A stretch of 63,929 nucleotides of DNA, the filler included, from Craspedostauros australis (lineage: Eukaryota): the NCBI GenBank assembly GCA_030167865.1. It is 21 parts of 21 records of this genome, joined end to end, with 100 filler letters (N's around TTAATTAATTAA, not from the genome) between each part and the next. Parts side by side here need not be neighbours in the genome. Positions count along the whole stretch, not along the records: positions 6,642 to 16,145 come from JALAGF010001321.1; positions 16,246 to 17,545 come from JALAGF010001322.1; positions 17,646 to 18,942 come from JALAGF010001323.1; positions 19,043 to 23,159 come from JALAGF010001324.1; positions 23,260 to 29,141 come from JALAGF010001325.1; 16 more parts are not named here. One strand, written 5' to 3'. Position 1 is the first letter of the stretch, and every line of letters begins with the position of its first letter. Shown here piece after piece: positions 11,378-24,328 of this stretch. The notes under the pieces were generated by a model. The model made no database searches. It saw only the letters and a list, made by a program, of their open reading frames with translations, and was not told the DNA's origin. The position numbers and the translations under genes are program-made.

Positions 11378-13575
11378 CTACTGGGTGAGCATGCTGAGAT
11401 CGATGTGTTCCTGAACCCATTCGAACACACCGAGCTTCTCTGCGCCCTGCTCCAATATCAACGTTCCGGCTGCTTTCCACATGGAGCCTAATGAGAGCTT
11501 GCCGAATGGGACTGTTGTTGTCATTGTTGTGGAAATGGGCGGAGCAAGTGCCATGCCATGCAAGAGAGAAATTGATGAGGTATGGATGTGTTGTGAGCGA
11601 AAACTATCATGTGAGTACTGGCACTCGCACTCGCACAATTGCCAATCTCGGTGTCCAGCTGAGAGCTCAATTCAACTCGGCTTAACATGGTATGAAACTC
11701 ATGAATACTCTCTGAAGTCTGCGGAACAGTTCGATGGGATGCGATGCGATACACGGTAGATGCAGGAAGCACACAGCCGTTCGTCGTTGACTTACCCATC
11801 GGCTTCGTCATCAGTGGTTCTGCGTCCTCTCCGTACCGCTGTCCCCAAATCATGATGGGTGGCAGGACGAGGAACAAGGTGCTGACACCGAAGGCACCAC
11901 CGTAGTCCAAGGCGTTGTAGAAAATGTCGGGATCCATCACCGACAGCGCCAGCGGTGGCAAGAACACGAGTCCAAACAGCGGTGCCTTCCACTGCTGGAA
12001 CTGCTGTCTTGATATTTTGAAGACGTCGGTCCAGGCATCGAGCAGGCCGTACGTGAATCCGATGAGGCTCGTGAGCAAGGCGATGGAAGAGAATCCCGAG
12101 ACCAAAGCGCCGAGCACGGCACCGTCACCTTGTCCTGAGGCTTGCAGCATGGCGATGGGCGCCATGTCGGCGGTGCTGAAGTCCGTGCCTGCGATGTTGC
12201 CCAAAATGACGGCGTTCCATGCCAGGAACATGAGGGTTGGGATTGTCGTGCCCCCAATGATGGATTTCGTGATTTTGGTGCGATCTCCTTCCAGCTGCGT
12301 GACGACGGTGGGCACGACGTTCTGGAAGACGAGAGCGAGGAAGATGATGGGGAAGGCATTGGGAACCTGTTCGGGATGTTGGTTAGACAGGTCGACGAGA
12401 GCGTTGAAGTCCGCCGATTCAGCACCCAAACCAATGATGCCGGCGAAGCAGGCTGCCATGACTATGACGAGGACGTTGTTGACGCGTTCGACGATGGCGG
12501 GCGACGCTGCGAACAAACCCAGACCGCACACGCCAGCGAAAGCTGCCTGTCCCAACCCAGGCGTGGATGCCAAGGACGACAAGCCTGCCCATTGGGCAAA
12601 GTCGGCGACGTTGACACCGCCCTGCGCAATGTAGGCCACGACGACGGCGTAATGTAGGAAGAAGTAGGCCACGCTGCCGATGATCCCCCATTGCCCCAAC
12701 CGTTCCTGGTACATGTCGAGGAGACCTGACCCCAGCTTTCCCGATTGGCCGAGCTTGTTGAGAGAGAGCTCGGCGATGAGGAGACCGGACATGGTCATGT
12801 AGAACCAGGCGACGCCCATTGCTACGGTGGACGGCAGGAAGCCGACACTGGCTGTGGCTGTGGGCAGTGCGAGGATGCCAGCCCCCACCATGGTTCCAGC
12901 CACGAGGGATCCAGCACCGAAGACGCTGCCAGTGTTGTGCACAGCCTCGACGCGACCCTGCTCGTTCTTGGCATACTCCAAGGAGCTGAACATTCGTGGG
13001 ACCTCTCCAGATTCGTACTCCGGAAAGGCGATGCGATCCTCATCGACGGTTCCGATCTTTTGGATGATCCCAGCCACGAATTCGTTCTGCTCGATGCCAT
13101 TCTGCATCTGCTGTTGTTGTGTTGCTGCCTGCGCGGCTGTCCGTGCTGCTGTTTGCGTTGTCCGTGCTGTTGTTTGCGAGTCTTCATTCTCCCCGGTTGC
13201 CACATGCAGCCTTGTGGATGATCGTGTTGGCATTCTGCGCCCGTTGAGGCTGCTGCTGAGTTGAGCACGTTGCGAATGCTGGGAATGGTGAGAATGTTGA
13301 AGACTTTGAGGAAGCAAGATCGCGCCCATCGCCGATCTCTGCTGGCGTTTCTCTCGCAGAACATGATTTCCGCTTTGCGTCCGACTTGTGAAAGCAGCCA
13401 CAGTGGTTGGTGATGTCAGCAGTCCTCTTCCTCCTCCTTGCGCGACGCAGACTGCTGCCGCTGCGCAGCATGCTGATGTCATTGCACCGACAGTGCGACG
13501 TCGGCTGCCACTGCCACTGCCACTGCCACTACTGCGGTTGATGTTGCTGTTCCCGGCTCGCTTCGTCATGGTCAT
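11378..13575 (-). CDS. Aromatic amino-acid (Tyr/Trp) permease, TyrP/Mtr/TnaB (HAAAP) family, probably plastid-targeted; exons 13575-11796 and 11511-11378
   Basis: LVAGTMVGAGILALP, YFFLHYA..AYIAQGG, LVFQNVVP, SLIGF and ALDYGGAFG motifs with about 11 hydrophobic segments. GTAAG..CAG intron 11795-11512 gives TKPM-V-PFGKLSLGSMWKAAG in frame. Start codon uncertain. Confidence 0.9.
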
Positions 13576-13743
13576 CGTTGCTTTGTGTTTTGTGTTGAAT
13601 GCAATGTTGCGTGGGTTTGCGTTTGATTGTTTTTTCTGCCAATACTTCGTCGCCAGCAACTTTTTGGTCTTTGTTTTCCTCCGTTCTCGAACTTGTTGCT
13701 TTTCTTCCACTCTTTGGTGATGATTGCGTTGCGAGGTGTGGAA

Positions 13744-13745
<2 letters not shown>

Positions 13746-13794
<49 letters not shown>
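13746..13794 (+). repeat. (TTG)n microsatellite upstream of the permease
   Basis: Read directly. It accounts for the poly-N/Q/T/C/V/L spurious ORFs. Confidence 0.95.
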
Positions 13795-15072
13795 CTGTGT
13801 GAAGCAGCCTGTGATGACGAAGAGACAATGCAATCAGAGACAAGAACAGCTGGTAATCCCTCCGACGAGAGATGATGTCGACGTTTCGTCTCTCTTCTTT
13901 CTGTTGTTGCGGCCGTTGTGGCTATTGTGGCTATTGTGGTCGTTGCTGTTGCAGATGATGTTGTTGACGTCGGCACTCTGTCGTGCCGTTGCCACTTTCT
14001 GACGATCGTCGTGGTGGTGGCAACAACAACAACACACAAAACAACGCAACCGACGCCAAGGATCGCACAATCACACACACACATCAACAGATTCACCAAA
14101 CATTCACGCACGCTGACTCAGTCGTTTCATCCAAGCTTGCTGATTGGTCAGATCATGTCAGATTCAACTATCGCTCGTGAATAAGACTCCAACAAATGGA
14201 AATTACAATATTCATATTTTGCACGAGCTCCATATTCCTGTCTGGTCAGTCCCATGTCCAGTACGCAGCATGAAGCTAGATTACGGCTTGAGGAGAGGAG
14301 AAGGGATAGAGAGCACCATGATTCATACGCATCCATGAGTGATGCTGTAGTTCATACAAGCACAAGTATCATGACAATGGAATCAATGCTCTACATGCAG
14401 TGTAGAGCGTTTCATTGTTAATCATCTCTACCGCTACCTGTTGCAACTTCTCATAGCATGAGAGAGAGTGTGTTCTCTGATCACCATATTCTCCTGGACA
14501 CAGCGTAGCAAAGTGATTGGGTTCAGTGTACTGAGATGGCATATTGTGTCTTGGGAAAGTGTGTCATACGTTTCAGTGTTCCTAGTCTATTGGGAGGTGT
14601 GATCATCTGCTGTAGACGGCTCACTGGACAAACTATTAGTGAGAAGAAACTAATCCAGTCTTGTGCACAATAAATATTAGTCACGAATATAGTCACGAAA
14701 CCAATCATGTTGGCAGTCTCGCCTACGAGTCGTGTTAACGATCCATCCAGGCGAATCAATCAATACTCGAATTGGAGGGAAGATTTGCAAATGAGAAGAC
14801 ACGTCGTCACCAAAACACTTACCTCCATCCAGAAAGAGAACACTAGCAGAGAGTGCGCAGGTTTGGAAAAAATGTAGGTGGGGATCTCAAAATGTAGGCA
14901 TGGAAACAATCAAGGAAGAGGTTCAGAATGCAGAAGAGAGAGAGAGAGGTAGCTCAAGCAATCAAAATCTACTGTTCATCAACATCAACAACAACAATCG
15001 TCCGCTGGCATAAGGCACAGTGATATCACTCCTTGCAATTGATTATGGTACAGTACCACCAGACAACCAAGC

Positions 15073-15865
15073 ATGAGCAATGTCAAACTAGGGCAGGAGC
15101 CCGTCCTCTACTGGGGGCATCCAGAACCAAAGAAGTATCCTCGCAATATGTACATGAAGATGGACGTCTACGAAGACCCCTCAGACACTGGTAATATAGA
15201 GACAGTGGAGACCTTGGTCCTCAAGTCCGATGATGGGAGAACAGAAGAGTGGCTGAAGTTTTGCTGCAAATTCGACCCCCTCATGGAAGCGAAGCACATG
15301 ACAACTGCAGTGCAGAAGATGGTGCATCTCAACAACTGGTCAATGGGGGATGCACAGAACCGCTTCACAACAGCAGTGCAAGTAGTCAGTGGCAATACTG
15401 CCTCATCAGCCAGCAGAAAGCTCCAAGAAGGACTTGATGCTGTGGGTGCTCCATTCTTTGGACACTCAACAAGCGCTTGGCGACGCCAGTGCAACTACAT
15501 GCACCAGCATGCCTCATTTAAGCATGGCAACCTGGCAAGCTTCCGTGCCTGGCTGTTGGAACTAACTAGTTCCTTCCATTCATGCCAAAGCCCGGACCTA
15601 GCATTACACCAACATCATTCCCAGACTTTGAGCTGGTTGAGATTTTGGACCGAGCAAGTCCAGAGGAATACAGCTGTGCCCTGCTCCAAAGCGGGTACCA
15701 GGTGTATGAGCGCTCTTTTGAGGAGCTTTACGGCTGCCTCCTCAATGTGGAAAAGAGCTATCGCCCTCCAAAGTAGGGCAATGGCGCCCAGAAAGGCAGG
15801 CGTAACGCAAGTGACGAAAGCGACCGTGAAAGCCGCGGTAAAAGCCAAAATACTAGCAATAAATG
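15073..15865 (+). pseudogene. Degenerate retrotransposon gag-like ORF
   Basis: G.TEEWLKF..AWRRQCNYM followed, after a frameshift near 15570, by FP-type segment PKPGP..DFELVEILDRASPEEY..YERSFEELYGCL, an in-frame stop at 15774-15776 and a basic linker ending in NKC. Resembles diatom LTR-element Gag from recall only. Confidence 0.55.
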
Positions 15866-16145
15866 TGTTGGAAATCCGGGGTTAGTGTTAGTAAGAACTA
15901 ATTGGTTGTTAGATCGTACTATTCAGAACTGTGAGCTCATTCTCTTCAGCTCCTTTGCCTTTCGTTTCTCATGTAGCATCTCCTGCAGCAGCATCGTGTT
16001 AGACTGTTGTATTCATGCATCTCATCATCATAAATCAACGCTTGCATGCATGAGATCTCACCCGCAGGCATCCTTGTCATGCATATCGTCGTGCATATCC
16101 GTAGGCATTCTTGCCATGCACCTCGTCGTGCATATCCTTATTCTA
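15866..16145 (+). mobile_element. Probable LTR 5' end inserted into the gag remnant
   Basis: Abrupt switch to non-coding sequence starting TGTTGGAAATCCGGG; contig breaks inside it. Confidence 0.45.
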
Positions 16146-16245
16146 NNNNNNNNNNNNNNNNNNNNNNNNNNNNNNNNNNNNNNNNNNNNTTAATTAATTA
16201 ANNNNNNNNNNNNNNNNNNNNNNNNNNNNNNNNNNNNNNNNNNNN

Positions 16246-17545
16246 TCAGACCGGACAGAAACGGTCTCCACATTTCGTTTTCGTAGCTCTTGTCGTGCGC
16301 TGATGCCTCCCAGTACTTCTTGATGAAGGTTTCTGCCAGCTCGTACTGGAAGAACATGAGCGCCATCTGCGTCTTGGCCCAGAACCGGAACGTGGCGCGT
16401 GTCTTGAGGTCAGATTCAGACATCTCGATGTCCGTTTCATCTGTTGACGTCTCCTCAAGGCTGTCTTGGTCAGTCGTTGACTTGATGGTGTCGTCATTGT
16501 TGCTGCCCTTGTTACTTCCTTCGCCCGCCGTGTCCTCGTTCTTGAAGCTCTCCCAATCCATCTCCTTGTACGAACTTGCGAGAAACCGGATCAGCCGGAT
16601 GATCTCGGAACCCATACCAATCACACCTTCCACACGGTACACAGCAGCTTGGTTGAGCATGGACTCGCCGTTGGTCAGGATCTGACCCAGGTTGCAACTT
16701 GTGGTGTAGGCATGCATCACGCCAAGTTGCCAATTCAGAAAGCCAGTCTCGAAATCACCATCCCCCATCGAAACTCGATATCCTTGCTGGTATGATGCGA
16801 TGATGTCGACAGGATCCTTGTAGATTGAGTATACGTACAGGTTGTTTGTGAGGTAAACCCAACCAGCGCGTACGTTGTTGCCAGGGATCTCATCCAGAAT
16901 GCGGTGGGCCAGATTCGCGAATCGAACACCGCCTTCGTGATCCCCGGCTGCGGAAGTGATGAGCGCGTACACAGCCAAGGTGCATCCACAATCTTCGTTG
17001 ATCCCATTCTTCATGATCCACCGCATGAGCTTCCCAACGGCAGCCAGAAACTGCACCATCTCGCCTATCAAGATTGAACGGACAGCGATCTCTTGCAGCA
17101 ACCGGAATGAATACACGGTCTCCGTGTCAGTCACACGCGGCAAGCCCAAGATCTCATCGTCTGTCACATTGCGGAAGAATGACTTGATCTTCCCCATGTC
17201 TCGCAAGAAGTGGACCATGTAGAAACGGGCAGGGAACATACCCGCCTTCACCAATGGGGATCTCGCGGACTCGAACGCGTCCACCAGCAGGTTCTCGCGT
17301 CCCAGCGACGCGGACAGAGCCAGGTACGTCGGCAGCTTATCCGACAGACATCTCGCGTTCGACAAGATGAGCTGGGCCATCTCACGTCCCAAAGACAGAT
17401 TGCCCAGGCCCAGCTCCACCTTCGATCGCGTCTCGAATAGACGCAAGGTCAGATCGTAGTGATCCACCCACTGGCTTGCACGATCCAATGCCTGATTGGA
17501 TTGGCCATCGAAGTGGGTCAGCTTGCACCAGGCGCGATGTGCATT
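16246..17545 (-). CDS. STAND-type ATPase family paralog 1, helical-repeat (TPR-like) region, partial
   Basis: W..HYDLTLRLF..RSKVEL.LGN..DKLPTYLA..SLGREN and SMGDGDFETG align with ORF 25110-29123. Confidence 0.85.
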
Positions 17546-17645
17546 NNNNNNNNNNNNNNNNNNNNNNNNNNNNNNNNNNNNNNNNNNNNTTAATTAATTA
17601 ANNNNNNNNNNNNNNNNNNNNNNNNNNNNNNNNNNNNNNNNNNNN

Positions 17646-18942
17646 CTCATGCTCGTTCCTGCCAAGTGCGGTTTGGGCCGCGGGTGTGTCGGCTCCGCCG
17701 CATTCCATCATGCCTGTCGCCGCGAGCACTTTTTGAATGAGCCCTGGCTGCCGCAAGTGGATGTAGTCGGCTTGTGGGTCACGGTTGACTTCGATACCGA
17801 GGAACTCGTTGAAGCTTCCTTCTTGGGTGAGTTCGAATCCTCGGTTTCGCATTGAGCGGATGAAGTCGTCTGCGAATTTCTTGGTCTTGGATGCGATGNN
17901 NNNNNNNNNNNNNNNNNNNNNNNNNNNNNNNNNNNNNNNNNNNNNNNNNNNNNNNNNNNNNNNNNNNNNNNNNNNNNNNNNNNNNNNNNNNNNNNNNNNN
18001 NNNNNNNNNNNNNNNNNNNNNNNNNNNNNNNNNNNNNNNNNNNNNNNNNNNNTGAGGACAAGGCAGGTGTTCGACCCCTTGCTTGACTTGAATCCTCGTG
18101 GTAGATGGAGGAACACCGGCTTGTGAATTTCGGCTTGGACGAAGGCGTTGGTAAAGTCGATTGATGTTGTGACCCATCCCAGGACGATGGATGTGATTAG
18201 GAAGATGCGGACGGAGGACCATGCCACGACTGGCGCATAAGTCGAAGCATCTTCGAGGATGAGATCGCCGCGGCAGCACCATCGACCCTTGTACTTCTTG
18301 ATTGTACCGTCGGGGAGGCGTTTGCGGCGGAAGACCCACGTACCTGGGTAGATTCTTTCTCCATAGGGCACGGTGTTCTTGTCGACTTCCTCCCATGTAN
18401 CCTTTTCGGTGAGATCTTGGATTTCCTTGTTCGCTGCTTGCATCCATGCGTCTCTATTATTATCACGGATGGCCTCGTCGAAGGAGAGTGTGTCTGGGTC
18501 GGAGGTGGAAGCCTTGTACACTGCCGTTCGCTCAGAGATGTCGAGGTCGGCGCCTGTGGCGAAGTAGCTCATGAGTTGCCAGTCAACATAAGCTGGAAAG
18601 TTGGTGGCATCTGGTTGTGGCTCGATGATGTTTACGGAGTATGCATGTTGCTCGATGTTGGCCCAATCCTTCTGTGGGATGCAGTTGTTGGTGTCAAGGA
18701 TGTAGCTCGGATCAACTGTCAGGGTGCTTTGGAGGATGGCTTGAAAGTCAGTCTCGCGCGTGTTGGGTACGTGATGGATCGGCTCTGTGCCTCCTTCTTG
18801 CACTCCAAGGTTGAATTGCTGAACTTCAAACTTGCTTGGTTGCTGCCATGGTCCTGGACGAATGGTGCTTGTGTGCTGTCGCAAGGATTCGAATGCCAGC
18901 CTGTAGTTGTGGCTCTGTCCGATCGCATTCCAGATGGAGAGG
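17646..18942 (-). mobile_element. Ty1/copia reverse transcriptase fragment (second lineage)
   Basis: DPDTLSFDEA..TWVFRRKRLPDGTIKKYKGRWCCRGD..YAPVVAWSSVR..IDFTNAFVQA..FLGIEV are RVT_2 motifs. The YxDD region falls in an N gap. Confidence 0.93.
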
Positions 18943-19042
18943 NNNNNNNNNNNNNNNNNNNNNNNNNNNNNNNNNNNNNNNNNNNNTTAATTAATTAANN
19001 NNNNNNNNNNNNNNNNNNNNNNNNNNNNNNNNNNNNNNNNNN

Positions 19043-19766
19043 ATCGAAAACGTGAGCGCATTTGCGTTCACCGCCATTTGCTGACACGTGTATTCCAATC
19101 CTCCGCTCTGCTCATCTCTATGCTCTACAAACGCCACTGCGCGACCTCCCTCCCGTTCCTGCTGCAACAGGCATCAACGGTCCTCACCCAGAGCTCTCCA
19201 GCGGATCCAGACGCCTCGAAATTCAAGAAGAAGGTGGATTCGTCTCCCTCGGCGGCGCGCAGAAGGTGGGAATGAAGGACCCGTGCTGGGAGATGGTCTG
19301 GAGAGATGGCGCACCAGCAGGCTCGCTGGTGTGCGGATTCGATATCTCCGATGACTACCACCGCAACGACGCCACGCTCCCCAAGGGCAAGACGTACATC
19401 AGCTTTCCGGTCTGGACGACGGAAGGCCTGGCCAATGCACGAGAGCAGAAGGCCAAGTCCGTGGGATACGACCAAGCCAAGCGAGACGCCTTGGATGAGT
19501 TCCAGCAGGAACCCAATCCCCTCCTCAAGGCATTGAAGTACAGAGAAGCATGCGTCGCGGCCGAGAAGTGCTCGCTGTATCCCATGCGAAACTTTGCCGT
19601 CGTGCCGGACGCTGAGGAGATCGTCCCATTCCGTAAGCACCAGGAATCCGCCGACGACATCTGGCTGACCACACGTGGCATCGTCTGGTCCACCGAGCTG
19701 CCGCGTGGGCAGAAGGTGGTGTTGGGGAGTGCCAACATCATCCAATCCACATTTTCAGAAGAATAG
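19043..19766 (+). CDS. Hypothetical protein, 5'-partial
   Basis: Coding-like GC-rich ORF (GPHPELSSG..CWEMVWRDGAPAGSLVCGFD..) with stop at 19764-19766. Possible intron 19052-19170. Confidence 0.7.
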
Positions 19767-19956
19767 GCGCGCGCCAGTTTTGAATGGCCGAGTCGCTCCA
19801 ATGATCTGCGACAGAATCACACCAGAACCAATTTGCACACACCCACACAATCCAATGAACATAATAGAGGTACTAGAGCTAAACTAGCAGTTAGGCTAAG
19901 GAGAATTTCCCAACACGCATGAACCATTTTCCCACGAATTGGCTTGAACCACTTGT

Positions 19957-19999
19957 GGACATAACCATGTTTCGGACATAACCATGTTTCGGACATAAC
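19957..19999 (+). repeat. 17-bp tandem repeat GGACATAACCATGTTTC x2.5
   Basis: Read directly. Confidence 0.85.
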
Positions 20000-21099
20000 A
20001 GTTGAGATTCAATAAGGGACAGACTATTACCGAACACGGTATCAACCCCGATGGGAGAAATTCTTGTTTTGGCGCGAAATCTTCCGACTTGATTGACCAC
20101 CAAATCTTTTCTCCTCCTTTCTCTCCTCCATTCACAAATCCATCATGACTCAAACCTGACCGACCTGACTCACAACCCACCTTGGGAACTATATGCTCCT
20201 CAGATCCTCTTTACTACAACATACCTCGATTCCCTCCATGCTGATGACTACTGCACCACTACCGTAGTCCTCACGCGTGTATCCAACCTGCTTCAACGCA
20301 AGCAATGGAATCCAAGGGTCAGCTCCAGCCACAGCCACTGCTTCATGACCTTCACTGTCAAGTGTCATGACCTACACTGCAGTGTATCTACATGTATGAA
20401 GAGCAAGGCACTGAATTGATCGTCTATCCTGAAGCACTGAACCAAGTACATCAGTGCAGGGCCTCGCCAAGTTGTGTGGCATCGTTTCTTCACCCTTCCA
20501 ACAATATAAGCTAACACATAATAAACAGACAAGGATTAGCTACAAAGCACTCTACTACTCATCGTTACAGTAATAACTATTCAAACAGTACACCTCTCTT
20601 GAACTGCAACACATGGTTATCCCGAAGCCGGCAGATCCAAGAGGCATCCTCCACCAATTTGCGCCGTCTACGCCCGAATCCTAACTTGTTGTCAGGATGG
20701 CGGTGGATGACAGAAATAAAAAGTAAAACCTCATTACCTCAGATCCCATGACGTCAGAAAAACAAGTCAGGCGCACGGAAACGAACCCCTGAGACATGAC
20801 CAATGACGCCACACTACGTCATGTTATTTTTTCTTCGGAAATCGCCAATAAATGCGTTGCTCGAAGGAGTCGAGCACACAAACAAACTCATTTTCGGGTT
20901 TCGGAGAGGAATCACATTTTTTGGAACACAGGACATCGTGGAGGAACATGGGACTTGAGTAGTACAAGTGGCATTTTTGGCGACCCTCCATTTGCGTCCG
21001 GACGCAAGCTACGTAGAGTTTGCGTCCGGACGCAAGCAAAACGTATTAGGGATATTTGTATTTGAGTGATTGTTTTGTGCCTTTCGGGGACACGCTCCC

Positions 21100-21470
21100 T
21101 GAGATGGCCTGTTCTCAACCGGTTTGAAAACCGCTTGTTGTTGAGAGCCAGGCAGGGAAAAGTGAATTTGATAGATGTGAACTGTAGGGCAATTGCAATA
21201 GGTTGTGAACTACAATCGATGTGTTTTATGATGAAAGGTTGTCCAACTTGAGGAGTCATAGAAAAGTCAAGCATGCAGAGCCATGGGATAAGCCGTCCTT
21301 TGGTAGAACCAAACAGGACACCACCTACTCCTGTGGAGCAGTTGATGCATATCCTTTCTTTGGAGATCTGACCCGAATCTTCCAATCCAGAGCAAGGAAG
21401 AGCCAATTTGGTCTTGTTGAGAGCTACAATCTGATTGGTTGCAGCAACTTATGACAGAAGGAAGCAATGC
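21100..21470 (-). pseudogene. Possible decayed 3' end of a LINE ORF
   Basis: Minus frame reads QQDQIGSSLLWIGRFG..*LFYDS..W, resembling the Q..IGW..GR motif at the end of diatom LINE ORFs. Contains stops. Confidence 0.3.
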
Positions 21471-22410
21471 ACTTGCAGGTGGAGTGTTGCTTGCGTCAGA
21501 GCAGATGGTGAGAAGCGGAATGCAAGATCAGATTGTCATGATAGCATGGTGAGTGTCTGATTTTGCGCCCCGTCTTGCTTGGTTATCCACTGTGTCCTTG
21601 TTGCACATTTTGTGCATGTTAGTGGGTCCTGGTGTCGAATGAGCGAATTAATTTCGCTCACACAAGGACTTACTTGCTTGGATTCGCAGCTCTAACACGG
21701 TTGTGGGGCTAGTGTGTCCCAACTAGTTGTTTGTTTCACTACCGTGGGAGGAGTGTTTTCGCGACGGTTGGCGCTTTCTTCTTTGTTCGTGCTTGTTCGT
21801 CTTGTTGTGAAGGCACAAAAAGCACAAAAAGCTATTTGCTCGGATGTGTTTTGAGATGCAGAAGCGATTTGAGTGAGCGTGCACGCTTGCCGGGCCCGCC
21901 ATCAGTCAGAGCCGCTTAAGTGAGAGGAGCGGCATGTGCGATTGCCCTAAATAAAGAAAACGTGTGCATGCAGACGGACTCGCACTAAACCGGTTTCTGG
22001 ATACGTTGGGCCGGACTCTCGATGCGCGTTTGGAACAAGTTACGACACACGTGAACCCCAATTAGGATGAAAAAGAGTAAAGATGCAGATTATGAGTCTT
22101 ATCGATGTCGTATGTGTCAGTGTAGTTGCTGCATTACTGTGTCGTCCATGAATGGTAGTGGCGTCTATCGTGTAACGCCGTTTCAACGGTTTCGTACATA
22201 TCCCGGTTTGGGAAAATCCTCCTCCTCAGAACAGGGGACGTGATGATCGAGCAGATGGAGGCCGCAGCAACACCATCCAAACGGTTTGCCACAAACAGGA
22301 CAACGGCAAAGAAAGGATGCAAGGGCGGATCTCCCGACAACACTGAAACGGGAAGACTGCAAACGAATTGAGATCAGCTGGATTTGTCACGCACGGCCAT
22401 TGCCGTCAGG

Positions 22411-23159
22411 ATGAAAGAGGTCAGGAAACAGTCAAAGAAGCGGCGGCCGACGTCCCGCGAAAGTGGTCGTCCGACTGCTCAGGTCGCAGCAAGAACGAAG
22501 CAGAACGCTACGTTGCTGCATATTTTCATGGCCATCTCATTCTTCGCCAACATGCTCCTTCTCAGGTCAACCAACAGACAGCTGGCGGTTCCATTCATCG
22601 AAGTCCAGGATATGCCTTCCTTCAGCAAGGTTGTGACTGCTGAGCAGCCAGAAACATCTGCCGCGCTCAATGGGACTGAAACAAACATCACTAACAGCAT
22701 CAACTACACCAGAGCCAATGGCTCTCATCACATCGACTCCAACAAACGACGTCCACGAATCGCATTGCTGTCTTCCTTCGTGCCGTCCCTCGGAGCAGAT
22801 ACAAGGCTCAAGGAATTGAAGCACATGGTCAACAAGGCATGCTACGCCTATCTGTGGGATTATGACTTGATCGTTAACCAAACCGAATCATTCACGCAGC
22901 AACAGAAAGATGCATCGCCATGGCTGAATTTCGGGCATTGGAACCGCGTGCCCCACCTGCAGGCGATCATCGACGACTACGACTGGGTCATGTACGCTGA
23001 CGCCGATCATTACTTCCGCGACTTATCGTTCCCACTGGAGTCCTTCCTCCGAGAATTCAAGGTTTACAACCAAACGCCCAGCGTGTTCGTTCCGACAGAC
23101 GATATCAATACATTCCACTTCTCCAGTTTTGCGGTTCTCGTGAAGAATTCACCCTTCGG
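22411..23159 (+). CDS. Glycosyltransferase family 34-like (GMA12/MNN10) type II membrane protein, 3'-partial
   Basis: N-terminal TM helix, stem, NKACYA..YDL, W.RVPHL and YDWVMYADAD (DxD). Confidence 0.8.
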
Positions 23160-23259
23160 NNNNNNNNNNNNNNNNNNNNNNNNNNNNNNNNNNNNNNNNN
23201 NNNTTAATTAATTAANNNNNNNNNNNNNNNNNNNNNNNNNNNNNNNNNNNNNNNNNNNN

Positions 23260-23881
23260 TATGGGATATGTTGATAGTATGCAATATGGAATCATCTATG
23301 GTGCTGGATCAAAATGATTGCAGCAATGAAAGCTGACATGATTAGTTGGCCAAGCTCATTGAATGATCCAGAGGGAACAGCTTTCATTGCCACAGTTGAT
23401 AGCACAGATTTTCATGCATGGGAGCAGAAACACTCAANNNNNNNNNNNNNNNNNNNNNNNNNNNNNNNNNNNNNNNNNNNNNNNNNNNNNNNNNNNNNNN
23501 NNNNAATCACTGTGTACCACTTAAAGTGTGTTTGGATCCACGGGCTCCACCAAGGAGGTAAACATGACTTGACTATTTGTTGTGAAGGATTGTTGCATCA
23601 GATCACAGGCGGAAAAGTCATCATTGCTGATTGTGGGCACAGGACGAGTTGTATGAAAAAGAATATGATGTGAACACCAAATGAGGTCGATGGGCCAGAA
23701 CTTGAAAACTTCAAGAGCAGAGCATGGTTGCATCATGAGACCTTCAATGAGAGACTGGAGTTCTTCAGCATGCTGGAGATCACTTTTGCATGGCACAGAA
23801 AAGCAGAAGCATGTGTTTGAAGCCATTTGTGTCATCGTGCAATACCATCAGGATGATGGAGCAGAACTCTTCGAGATTTGA
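23260..23881 (+). pseudogene. Degenerate PIF/Harbinger (DDE_Tnp_4) transposase
   Basis: IATVDSTD..VWIHG..GGKHD..IIADCGH..FKSRA..HETFNERL..H..VFEAICVIVQY with a stop and frameshifts. Confidence 0.8.
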
Positions 23882-24124
23882 TGTCATACCACAAAACATT
23901 AATAAGAACAACACACATATTGCAATAGAACCGGGCATTTGCATTGGCATGATGCCATACTTCAGTGCGAAGCTGACTTGTTGTCTTGTTTCGCTGATCT
24001 GTTCTTGTGGTTTGGGTTGGCTTGCGTCGCTCCGTGCGAAGTAGTTTTGTCTGTTTCTTCACGATCCAAATGTCCGTTATATTCGACCAAACGTCCGTTA
24101 AATAGTTCGATAAATTCTTGAGTT

Positions 24125-24328
24125 TTGTCCGGTCTGTCCGGTTGATNNNNNNNNNNNNNNNNNNNNNNNNNNNNNNNNNNNNNNNNNNNNNNNNNNNNNN
24201 NNNNNNTTTTGTCCGGTTTGTCCGGTCTGTCCGGTCGTTTTGTCCGGTCTGTCCGGTTTGTCCGGTCATTTTGTCCGGTCTGTCCGGTCTGTCCGGTCTG
24301 TCTGAGTTTCTCCGCTTTTGTCCGGTCT
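24125..24328 (+). repeat. Array of 9-bp TGTCCGGTY motifs, probable DNA-transposon subterminal repeats
   Basis: More than ten TGTCCGG copies, with an internal N gap. Confidence 0.8.

Noticed and set aside
13576..14111. Poly-N/Q/T/V/L ORFs and the N-terminal extension of the 770-aa ORF
   Set aside because: Products of the (TTG)n microsatellite and non-ATG starts.
17646..18942. RT as a retron, DGR or group II intron enzyme
   Set aside because: Motifs are RVT_2 copia-type.
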